This document shows positions 53,258 to 64,000 of a DNA stretch of 64,000 nucleotides, one piece after another. The notes below the pieces were generated by a model. The model had not been told where the DNA came from and made no database searches. It saw only the letters and a list, made by a program, of their open reading frames with translations. Source of the stretch: Trypethelium eluteriae (lineage: Eukaryota); assembly GCA_051942245.1 (NCBI GenBank), contig JAVECL010000063.1, positions 1 to 64,000 of the forward strand. The letters run 5' to 3'. The translations under genes and the position numbers were made by a program. The number at the start of each line of letters is the position of its first letter. Position 1 is the first letter of the stretch.

Positions 53258-54962
53258 ATGGCCTTCCTTACTGTCTTCATTTCACTTTTGTTAGTTTTCG
53301 AATGTTTCTCTTCAGCTGTCAAAATTTCTCTTTCCAATGGTGCAGTAAATACTACAAATGGGTTCATTATCGGGCATGCAGCCCGTAATCGTAGTGATGT
53401 CGTTGAGTATCTTGGAATTCCATATGCCCAACCTCCACTTGGTCAACTTAGATTCGACGCACCTCACCCATACAATCAAACCGGAACTTATAATGCGTCC
53501 AACTACTCGTCTGGATGCCCTTTCACACCGCCGCAGCCTTTCGCATATCCGAATGCGACTCCACAAGAACCCCGAATCTTATCCGCTTTCAACACCGCCA
53601 ACGGACAGTCCATCGGCGAAGACTGTCTGACCTTGAACATCTGGGCAAAAGCAGAGAGTGACCGCAAAAGGCCAGTCCTCGTCTTTTTCTACGGTGGCAG
53701 TGAGTTCCTTCCCTCAACTCTTCCCAAGCCTCTCCCCCAGAACTAATCCGCGCTGCATAGAATTCGACTTCGGCGGCACCAACACCCCCTTCTACAACGG
53801 GCAATACCTCGCCTCCGCGCAAGACGTCCTCGTCGTCACCCTCAACTACCGCACCAACATCTTCGGCTTCTCCGGCGCGCCCGGTCTGCCCCCCAACGTC
53901 GGCCTCCTCGACCAGCGCCTCGCCGTCGAATGGATCCGCGACAACATCGCCTCCTTCGGCGGCAACTCCTCCTCCATCACGCTCTTCGGCCAGTCTGCCG
54001 GCTCCGCCGCCGTCGATTTCTGGGCGTATGCCTACCCGGACGACCCCATCGCGCACGCGCTCATCTCGCAGTCGGGCGTCGCGACGAGCTTCCCGCTGAA
54101 CTCGGCCGCAGTGGCGCAGGCGCACTGGTACAATGCGAGCGCCGCGCTGGGCTGCGGCGACAGCGGAGACGTCCTGCCGTGCGTGCGGAGCAAGAACTGG
54201 ACGGAGGTCGAGGCGGCGGGACATGCGGTGGCGGGGGTGCCGCCACCTATTCCGGGCCGCTCGGAGCCGCCGTTCCAGCCGAGTCCCGATGGCGTGCTGG
54301 TGTTTGATGATTATCCTGAGCGCTCGGCGAAGGGCCAGTTTGCGAAGCTGCCGTATTTGGCGGGGAATAATAATTATGAGGCGGCGTACTATGAGATTGT
54401 TGCGTATGGCGCGGGGACGATTCTGACGGCTGCGCAGTGGGATACGTTCATTTTGGATGTTTTTACATGTCCTACTGGAAGCGAAATGAGGAACCGGACG
54501 AGTGCCGGTGTTCCAGCCTGGCGTTTCAGATATTTTGGGGACTGGGATAATTTAAGGCTATTTCCCGGGAGCGGGGCCTACCACGGGAGTGATCTGGAGA
54601 TGGTTTTTGGGGCTAGCCAAGACGTAACTGGATTGCCAGAGAGCGCGCCAGAGATGCAGATGCAAAGGCTGTTCATGAAGGCCTGGGCTACTTTCGCCGA
54701 AGATCCGGTGAATGGTTTGGTTGATGTGTTGGGATGGCCAAAGTACAACCCTAACGGTAAGTTCAATCCCGCGATATCGATGCATAGTCGTCAGTAGCTA
54801 GATGAGAAGCAGCCATAACACAGAATAGTACGCTCATAGCTAATATCGTTTGACGCAGGTTCTACATTGATCCGACTTGGGTACAATAACACCCCTACCG
54901 CTGAGTTTGTGCATCCAATGCTCTACGATAGTCCTTGCGCCAGTCTAAACCAGACAAGCTGA
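53258..54962 (+). CDS. Secreted type-B carboxylesterase, 2 introns
   Basis: YLGIPYAQPP.G.LRF, EDCLTLNIW, NYRTNIFGF, GLLDQRLAVEWIRDNI..FGG, GQSAG nucleophile, YHGSDL. Confidence 0.92.
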
Positions 54963-55560
54963 TGTGGCTTAGCTCGAATAATACAGAAGTGAATAACGCA
55001 GACACACGCATGTCGCACCATCGTGAAAATCCCAATCTGTAAACAGCGAGGGCACAAATCATCCGCGAAATCTTAACTGTTGCATTCGTACGCCAAAATG
55101 GCTACGGCTATTGGTTTGCTGCCTTGATCACATGAGTCCAGCGACTTTCCTAGCAGTATTCCAAGCTCGGTGCGACCTTTCCTTCTCACCCTATTCTTTT
55201 GTGGGCCATCCCCCACAAGATGTTAGGGATAATTTTACCGTTGGATACAGAGTTATGATTTACTGCCTGATAGACGTATGTCAAGTATACCGATCATGGG
55301 ATACAGGTGGCAATTGTCACAGATGCACCTCGTAGAACTATTCACTAGTAAGGTCTATGTGAATGGGTCGGATGAACTTCTTGAAGCTTCTTTGAACTGA
55401 GCGAACGTGACTTCTTATGTTTGGAATGAGTGTCTTGATTGATCTGTTCAGACTTCTTCCACTGAAAGCCAAGGAAAACCACTACACCATTATCTGTATG
55501 TCAAACTCGCAAATCCCTTGACATGCAACCAAGATTACCGTCTTTCAAACTTAGTTCAAG

Positions 55561-56897
55561 CTACGTGGTAAAGGCAACGGCTCTCCTTCTACTTCTCGTT
55601 TTGAACGAAAAGGCATGCTTCAGTTTCTCACTTGCGGATGTCCCAAATGTGGAGAACCGCTTGCTTTTGCTTCCACCAGTCTCTGGCCTCTCCGGTGGAG
55701 TGATCCACTCAATCTCGCCTACCTTAGCCTTTTTATCGTCCGACGCAATACGGAAGTTGCGTTGGTTAAGTATGGCTGATAATCCGAGGAATGCTAAATG
55801 GACTGTAGTACGAATAGAGCACTTTTGGGCAGAAGAATATAACATACAACGCACCGAAGGAGTCTGCAGCGTCGAAAGCATCGGCTGCATCCAATGTTGC
55901 CACTCGGTACCATCCGTTTGGCTCGCCCTCATTGCCTCCTGGTATATCTGGTACGCGTTAACTATGACTCTATGAGACGGAAATGTGGCGTGTCGAGCGC
56001 ATACTTATAACTTTTGTAAGATGACAGAACTGTTATCCTCATGAGTATGGTAGCTTCAGAGATTATTCTCATCAACTCACTTCATGAAATAGGGTAAGAC
56101 TTAGTAGGTCATCCATGTCCACTAAAGTATCCTTGGTGAAATCTTCCCTCTCGGGATAAGCGCTGAGCAAGGCCGGCGCAGGCAGTGAAAAAGTTCTATC
56201 GCATACCTGTGAAAGTAAGGGTACTATTAGTCAAGTCACGAGATTGAATCATTGAAGACCTACTGTGATGACCTCTCTATCGGGATTCTGATCTGTAGCT
56301 TCGTCTGGGCGGTCTTTGTATTTGTATGTCTGAGCCAAAGTTTCGACAGGATCCTGACATCCTCTAGAACCTATTCTGCGAAATACTTGATTTAGATGAT
56401 CCCAGTAATGTGCTTGATCGAATGGTCTTTTGGGATTCTTGTTTTTTTTTTGCCAGCACCTGGGACGTCGGGTGCACGTTGCCAACGCTTCCCATCACCA
56501 GGTTTATCATCTGTGGCATCGTTATCACAGTAGATACGTACGTCGGAAGATTTTCTGTCATTCGTCTGTGTCATTGCAGAGATTGTATGAAAAGCAGCTG
56601 GGAAAAATTGAGTATGGGCGGCAAAGTAACGGTCAGAGCTCCTTCCTCATGCTTACCCATGACTTTGTTGTATGTACCCTGATTTGATTTATCCACCTTG
56701 AAAATCTGCTTGAATGCACTTGCCATGACTTGATTATTGCTGTCACTTAGTCTTGAACTACCTTCTGACCCCATTGATTTGACTTCTTGAATGACAGCAT
56801 CGGTAATCTTCCCCGAAGAAGTAGGGTCCAGATAAAGTGTTAAGGCTTGACAATGGAAATTAATACATAGCCACAGAAAGGTATACGTTACGATCAT
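55561..56897 (-). pseudogene. Secreted zincin (HEXXH, M35-like) gene with a frameshift in an A10 tract
   Basis: Signal peptide; spliced IYCDND, IT|VCD, LSLTLFHE|FCH, AADSF; frame changes at 56451-56442. Could be an assembly error rather than a true pseudogene. Confidence 0.65.
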
Positions 56898-58415
56898 AGT
56901 AGAATATAAGCAAACACGGAAAGTCTTCAGTCAGAAGAGAAAGACGAAATATGTAGTGGGAGATAGCCAGCTTTCTCCCAAGAATACAGAGATACGAAAC
57001 AACGAAATGGGCAAATCGGCCAAAAGCAAGTAGATATTATATCTACAGAGCCTGCGCCTTGTTCGCACTAGACATACTTGGGATGTCAACGTTGCAAGCA
57101 GCGTCATTCCACTTACTTCGAACTGGTAGGCACTGTTGCTGATCGCGAACTGGCCAGAAAGCAGATAATTCAGCTACTCAAAGTCAACGTCTGTGACGAA
57201 AGACTCTTGGCGAAAGCACAAGATTCTCAGGGTGAGAAACTCTATGAAAACACATCATGCGGCCATTCAGCAGTGACGTATCCTTTCATGATATCATTCC
57301 TACAGATAGCCGTGGCACGGTGGGAGTACGATGTAGTCGGACGACAGTGAGAAGGTCGTCTGCAGTTGGCAGCTTGTGTGTGCCTCATGAGAAGATAGAT
57401 TAAGAGATCAAGTTCATACGCAGCTGAATGGCTGTTATGGAGCCGCAACACTGGCAGCAATTACACAGCCGAGTTGATTGGTAGAGCCTTGATTTAAAGG
57501 TGAGATCACATTGCATATTGTTGGAGCCAATGAGTATCGAGACAAGACTTGAAATCAGTAGATTGATGGTGAAGTAAGCAACGTCGCTTCAGTAGTCTTG
57601 TGAGAGATCAAAATCCAACTTTCGTGCCACAATGTGTATCGTACGCCCCTTCATTGCGACAGAGTTGAAGCACCGCAAGTTGAAGATATCATTCTAACTG
57701 TGCCGTGCCGACCCGAGCCGATGCATCACGACACACTGGCAGAGTAGAGGTACTGTACGACTAAAGTATAATCTCCGATCAACGCACCATCAATCGAGAC
57801 AAGTATCTACCCTCGTCCATCAAGCTAAGTCTAGCTCCTTGACTTCACGTCTGAACCTTCCTCACAGATTGAAAGGATCATCTGCCCAGGTCCGTGCCGC
57901 AGATAGACGAGGTCAGCTTGATTTGCTCGGAGGTTAGAGTAGCTCATCACAAGCTTTCCAAGCTGACCTTTTCTTCAGCTCCCAAAGTAGCCTTGCCGAG
58001 CTTAAGTGAAGCAGACCAATATCCTCGAACTTTGGCTGATCTTGTGGGGCCATTACGTTGTGGCTTCTCACAGACCTTGCTCTTGAATACGCGCAACACC
58101 CTACGATCATCTCAAGTGGGGCGGGACATATGACGCATTTTTCACACAGTTCTCTAACTATTGAGTGTGCGAGGCGCGAGGCAAAGAAGAGGCCAAGTGT
58201 TTGAATTTGTCTTGGGCATATTAAGTTTTGGGCTCTCGTCTCCCTCCATCATGGAGGTAGCTAGTTGGCCCCTACATAAGGAACGTTTCCTACGCTCTTC
58301 TCCTACAACGACCTATGATTACAGGTACCGTACTTTCCATTCGGTTCAATATCCTCTTCTGGGCAGGACACAGAAGGACAATTCTAGCGAAAAACTTCTT
58401 TTGACAAGCCTTATC

Positions 58416-60676
58416 ATGCATGTTTTACGTGTGCTTCAGGTTGTGTTAGCAGCAGAAGTTGCCACGGCCCTGGTCTCGTCCCCAGCGGCCTTTCTAGTCC
58501 CGGGTGCCCTAGTAAGGTCACCGCCGGCTGTCACACATTTTGCTCGCGCCGATTGCCTCTCTTTCAGGGCCCTAAGTAACAGCAATGCAAACGAAACAGA
58601 GAGTACGGGAAACGATCGCGATATCTTATTTAGTGGCAATAGGAATGGCACACTCAGCGAGAAAGCTTTTCGGAGCTCTGCCCAACATGGCTTAATGGGC
58701 TGTCCGGAAATGTTCAAAGAGCCTTTGCTGCCGTATTCAGTATGCGGTAGCGAGTTGAAACGGTCTCCAGGAAAATGCGCAGATCCGAACGGCTCGGGGT
58801 GGATTTGTCAATGTAGGGCTGTCACTTGGATGAACGATGTATTCCATGTTGTTTAGGACAACAGCAGTGACTAACGACAATGCTAGGTATCGATAAAGGG
58901 CCAAATGGTTTGGCGACATCACTAGTAACGGCAACGGCCAGTCAACAAACTGCAACTGGCACCTTTGAACTAGACACCATGACTGAATATGGAAGTCTGA
59001 GACAGAGCATTACCATCAGCACGACGGCAACAGTAACTACGACCGGTGACACGGGTTTGGAGACTGTTGCTGTCGTTGTTCTTGCCGGAGGTGTTTCATG
59101 GTTTCTAGCTGGTGCGTATCCAAAAATATCTTCTTGCTGAAAGAGAAACGGTCTCATTACTGACACCTATAAAGATGCTTCAGGAGGCGCTGCTGCTGTT
59201 GCCGCTCTCGAGGCTCCAGCAGACGCTCCGAATCACGAAGACGACAGAAACTGCCCTGACCCTAAGGATAAATGCAAGAATTGTGGTGGCGAGGAACAAA
59301 TGTGTACAACGGGGAAGGACGCCTGGTGTAAGTCGCTGCTCCGTCCTTTCGATGCTTTGAAAAGTACTTTGGCATGGTCTAACATCTAAAAGGCGCCCGT
59401 GAGGCTGACAACTGCCCGGCAGAAGGCAGTAAAGAACAGCCAGAATGCATAGATGACGCGTGCGAAGGCAAAGATGAAAAATGCATGACCGGAGAAAATG
59501 AAGAGTGTGACTGTAAGAAACCACAATGCCCAGATCTCAGGAAGTACTCTTTCTGGTGCAGCGAATGTGGAGGCAAGGATTCTGATGGAAAGTGTAGAGG
59601 AGTGAGTGATTTCCTCATCGTCTTTAGTCGAATCGACACTAGTGAAATATCTTTAATAGGATCCTGAGGAGGACTATAACTTCCAAGGGTGTGAGTGCCG
59701 TGACGAACCTGACTGGAGCTTAGGCCCACCACCACTGCGAAGGCCCAATGCTTTAAAACATCGGTTAGCACGTGCAAAATTACATCCACCATCACCCTCG
59801 CCTCCATCACCCTCACCACAAGCTGAATGCGACCTGAGCGGAAGCTCGCAAGTTCCGTATAACGTCTTCTCCCCTGGTGTGTACTCCATTTTCTGCAACA
59901 CCATCAATGGCGGCGATAGGAGCAAAGCCTTTACCCAGACAGTGGACAGCCACGGAAAAGTCATCCAGGGCACTTCGAAGGAAAAGCGTGATGTCTCAAG
60001 GCGGACACCGCCACCCAATCCTGAAACCTACAATGCTTACAACTTCACGCTCAGCTGCAGCGGAGGCGACGAGTCCTGTCCAAGTAACTACCCCGATACT
60101 TTCTACAACATAGCAGAAGGTCCTTGCGGTCATGTCGCTGGCGAACAGAACATCATGGCCCCGACTGCCACCCTCGATACTGGCTGTGGCATGTATTCCT
60201 GCAATATCAGTGCTCCTGCCTCCGTTCCCTCTCCACCAGCCCCCCAACCATCACTGGACTGCCACCAGGGAAACATTCCATTAGGATACCAGCAGCTCAG
60301 CCGGGACGCAGCCAGCGACATGACTAATCTCATCTGCACCGAGCTTGTCGACAACAAGGTCGTGCTCTCGCAATCCGGAAGCTTGATGCCACCCGCATCC
60401 ATGTTCGAAATTTTCGAGAAGAGCGGTAAAGACATTGCGGCGAACGGCGCTACGCTGGTCATCAACCCACACTGGGCTCTTGGGGGATGTCAGAGCGAGA
60501 ACAAGCCCCAGGACGTAGACTTCGGGTCCATGCAGGTGAGCGACTGTGTCAGGTATTTCATGACCGCCATCGATGGCTGCCCGGAATTTTCGAATTCTGG
60601 CGGAGGCGAGTTCTGGAAATGGGGCGGAACAAGTCATGCCGCATACGCATTTTGGTCGGTGCAAGCGTCAGCGTAA
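58416..60676 (+). CDS. Secreted Cys-rich modular protein, 4 predicted introns
   Basis: Signal-like MHVLRVLQVVLAAEVATA; spliced frame open through a Thr-rich stretch, three Cys-rich CP...C...C.G...C...CxC-type units, a Pro-rich linker, KR/RR sites and C-terminal C...IDGC...KWGG. Confidence 0.7.
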
Positions 60677-61111
60677 AGGCCCCTCAGACGGTGCATTGCA
60701 ATTTAACCTTCTAATTCGAGGGATTAGCTAGTCTATCAGCGACCTGATTTTTTATTTTGAAGAGCAGCCCTAGGACTAGCTTCTCAGCTTTTCTCTAGCT
60801 GCCCGCAGTAAAGGTATATAAAGCCAAGAGTCATTGTGATCCTAAACCACACCTTCGACTGAGCCTCATTCGATAATCGAGATATTCCAACAACATGGTT
60901 AAAGGGCTTCCTTATCGACTAAGACTCAAACATTCATGTCTGATAGGCCAAAAACGCTGCTCGTTGGTGCCCGGATCCTGTTTTCTCCAATTTCTTGCGC
61001 CAAATTTTTCTTCCTCCCGTGAAAGTTACCCACTTCCTAGATGATCGTACCAGCCGATCGTTGTTGATACGCCAGCGTAGGGTACTATGAAATAAAAAGC
61101 ATCCCTCATTC

Positions 61112-63998
61112 TCAGATCCACGACTCAGCTTCGTGTCCAGGCCGAAGAGCAGGATGTATCATGCGTAGACTGGGTGGAAGAGCCTCGGAAGAAGCGACAG
61201 CAGAGGACACAATAGAGGCAGCGTATGGAGGATCACGTTGTGCATAAGAAGAATTGAAGGAAATGGTAGAAAGCAGATCTGAAGTAGAATTCAGGCGAGA
61301 TTGTAAAATGGTGTCGGATTCAGTGAATTTCATTAGCTCGATGAGCCACGCCCGATTGCCCCGTATCCACTGATCGTCATACAGAGATAGGGTCGGCTTA
61401 GACCCTTGCTTTATTTGAGAGGATTTCGAAAGACCTTCAGCTGTGCGCTTGTCCCTAATTTCAGGGCTGCGGGCTGGCGCTCCTCTGATTATCGATGCTT
61501 CCGAGTTCTCCGACGCGTGCGAAGCAATCGATATTTGAGAGTTCATCGAGATACGTGAATTCCTTAACGCCCGAGATATTGTTGACGTTCGCGAGTCCCT
61601 TGTGCTATAGGTCGAAGCCACGGATGGACGAACGTATGGATGTCGGATAGACTGCGCAGCTGAAATGCGTGCCATTTGCTCAGGAGGCCGCTGTGCAAGA
61701 ATTTCTACGCTCTTGATACGAACCTCTCGTGAATCGTTCAATGGGCTCTCTGAATGAGTCTTTAGAGCATGCGCTTCGCTTTCTCCATCAAGCAAAGGCT
61801 TTGACTCAATTGGTAGAGACGGTTTCCGTTTTGCCGTCTTGTTCGCTTTGGTCCGTTTGGGCCAGAATCGAGTACCGTTCCAAGGCAAGTGCTTCTCCTC
61901 TTCTGGAAATGGGGGTAGCTCTATTGTAGGCTCACGCTCATCAGCTCCTCGCGGAACAAGCTTCGGCTGCACCTCCTTCTCTGCCGGAAATGGCGGCAGT
62001 TCTATTGTAGGCTCGCGCTCATCCGCTCCGCGAGGAATGAGCTTCGGCTTCTGCCGCTGCTGGCCAGCTCCCTCGCCATCCTCTGATGGCGTCAATGGTG
62101 GAGAAGGTGGAAGCTCGAGGGTAGGTTCTCTTTCATTTGCTCCTCGAGGTATGAGTTTTGGCTTCCGATTCCGGACTATCCCGGTTGTACCATTCGAGAG
62201 TTTGGCGGCAACCTTGGCATTCGCGATTACATCAGAAAGATTCTGCTGCCGATTGTACGAGAAGTTGATGGGTGTTTGTTTGAGTAAAGCATCCTTAACA
62301 GGGTCTCCTAGAGCTTGCCCTGGAGAAGTCATCGTATTGTTCTCCATCCGATCGCACGTTGAGACACCGGTGATCTCTGACTTTGGCGTCCGCACTGAGC
62401 GATCCATGGAACCTTTGCCCACTGACACAGTGTCATCTTGATACAATTCTGTGAGCAGAGCTTCATAAGCTTCTGCCTCATCCTCTCGATTATCCGATCG
62501 GCATATGCATACGAGGACGTGTAGACTCTCTGAGCAACCTTCGGCGTGACCAATTTTCCTAAAGGCTTTCAAGGCTCGGCGAGCATGCGGAAACGCTTCA
62601 ACGTATCCATGGTTAGCAAGGAGTACCCGGGCTAATAAAAGGACATCTGCTATTAAGGAGCTGTCGTCCTTAGAACAAAACCGTTCTTTGACCGCCATTT
62701 TCTTCATGAGCATGGACTGAGCGTCTCCCCATTGCGAATTATTGCAGTAGATGCTGACAAGCAGTTCCATGGCCTGGATCTCTAAGCTTCGACTTTCCAC
62801 AAATTTATCGCTCACCACAATGCTGTTAGTGTTTGACAAACGCGTTCCCGATAAACGAGCTAAACAACTCTTGAGGTAGCGCTCTGCTCTCGATTGTTCT
62901 AGAGGGGCTCCTGTTCCAGCCAATAAAATCTTTCGGGCTTTATTCAATAGAACGGTCGTGATTTCCGCCTCCAGGTGTCATCATCCGAGTCAGGGTAATC
63001 GACTGGCTCGCTCTCAAATGGGGGAACGCTTGCCAAAGACCTCATCTCCGGCAGCGAACTACCATGTCCATCCTCTTGGCCGGTAACTGAGTCGATGTAT
63101 CGCTGAAGCATCACCATTGACCTCCTGGGAAAGAGATCGCCAAGGTCAGAATCTGCAGCAGGCATACTCGCTCTCGCACCAGGATCTGACCCCAGCTTCG
63201 AGGATGCAGATGAGACGACAGTAACGGCTGAGTGAATGCAATCCCGGAGAATACACATTGCTACCATTTGACTTTCGTCCTGCCATTGGCTATCCCTCTG
63301 ACTCACCTTAGGCGCTTGACTTGCTATCATGTTATGCAGCGTTTCAATTCGTTTATTCAGGATGGTTGCAACGCGACGTACTTCCTCGTGGAGATTGTTC
63401 ACGCTCGGAAGAATTAAGTCAGTGGTTTGCTTCTGCGAGACTTGTGTCCATCTGAAACAGGTGTCAGCCAGTAAATCGCTCTTGCTCTTCAGGATGTTAT
63501 AAGGTAGGGAACGTTGGCGGCTGTAGCGATACGGAAATCAAGGATTCTAAATGAGACTCACAAGATCACGGTTTGAAGTGAGAGCTGTAGGGCATCCCGA
63601 TAAGACTGCACGTGTTCCCGAAACAAGCCAATCCTGTCAGCCGCGGCGTTGAGGCGTAGCTGTTTTATTGGTGTATCGAGAAGCCTGCTCGTTTTGTTGA
63701 TGTCTCGAAGACAACCACGAAGTTGCGCAAGGGTCTCTTTGCCATTTTCTAATGCTCGAGAGATGTTTTGCCAATGGTTGCCGATCTGGTCAGTACCAAC
63801 TCCTGCGGTGATACCTTCAAAAGTGGCTCGCATCGAGGTAAGGACGAGCGTGAGAGCCTCGACGTCCTGCAATAAGCCATTCAACTTGTCTTTGACGATT
63901 GAGACGCTATCGCCGAATGCTTTGAGTTCGACAGTAATACTGTAAGCTGACTTTAGGAGCGCACCGACGCCGGTGGCGATAGTGACGGGGTCGAGCAT
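61112..63998 (-). pseudogene. Fungal N-terminal (HeLo-like) domain + TPR-like + low-complexity tail gene with a 1-nt frameshift
   Basis: MLDPVTIATGVGALLK helical N-terminus; intron to WTQVS; DSDDD/LEAEITTVLL frame change near 62975; TPR-like LLLARVLLA..GY.EA...ARRALK. Confidence 0.6.
61902..62163 (-). repeat. Three copies of a coding repeat, PKL(I/V)PRGA(N/D)EREPT(L/I)ELPP
   Basis: Seen directly in the translation of ORF 61112-62947. Confidence 0.9.
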
Positions 63999-64000
63999 GC

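Noticed and set aside
53258..54962. Carboxylesterase next to the PKS as a VdtD-like non-catalytic partner
   Set aside because: It keeps the GQSAG serine and the catalytic His region and has a signal peptide; it looks like an ordinary secreted esterase at the cluster edge.
35217..62441. Long antisense ORFs such as 35217-35777, 53589-54224 and 61839-62441
   Set aside because: Shadows of real genes on the opposite strand, explained by codon bias.

Overview
Intron-containing genomic DNA from a filamentous ascomycete (GT-AG introns with CTRAC-like branch points; no RNA genes, CRISPR arrays or recognisable transposons seen). The centre of the window (about 30.6-52.5 kb) is a compact, apparently intact nine-gene aromatic-polyketide cluster. 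It has a non-reducing PKS (SAT-KS-AT-PT-ACP-ACP-TE), an EthD/AurZ-like dehydratase, an O-methyltransferase, a cytochrome P450, two SDRs (one lacking the catalytic Lys), a BBE-like FAD oxidase, a flavin monooxygenase and an AflR-type Zn2Cys6 regulator. Eight of the nine genes form four consecutive head-to-head pairs. The gene set resembles naphthopyrone/naphthoquinone clusters but has no laccase, fasciclin or transporter, and has a P450 with an altered I-helix. The left flank holds LYS1, msrA, an amino-acid permease, secreted beta-propeller proteins, an ADH, a UbiA-type (Fma-TC-like) terpene cyclase candidate, an alpha/beta hydrolase and a three-exon orphan secreted protein with an antimicrobial-peptide-like segment. 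The right flank holds a carboxylesterase, a divergent pair of secreted genes (zincin-like protease and Cys-rich protein) and a fungal N-terminal-domain/TPR gene. Three flanking genes each carry a single disabling lesion. All family calls come from reading motifs by eye; no database search was run.
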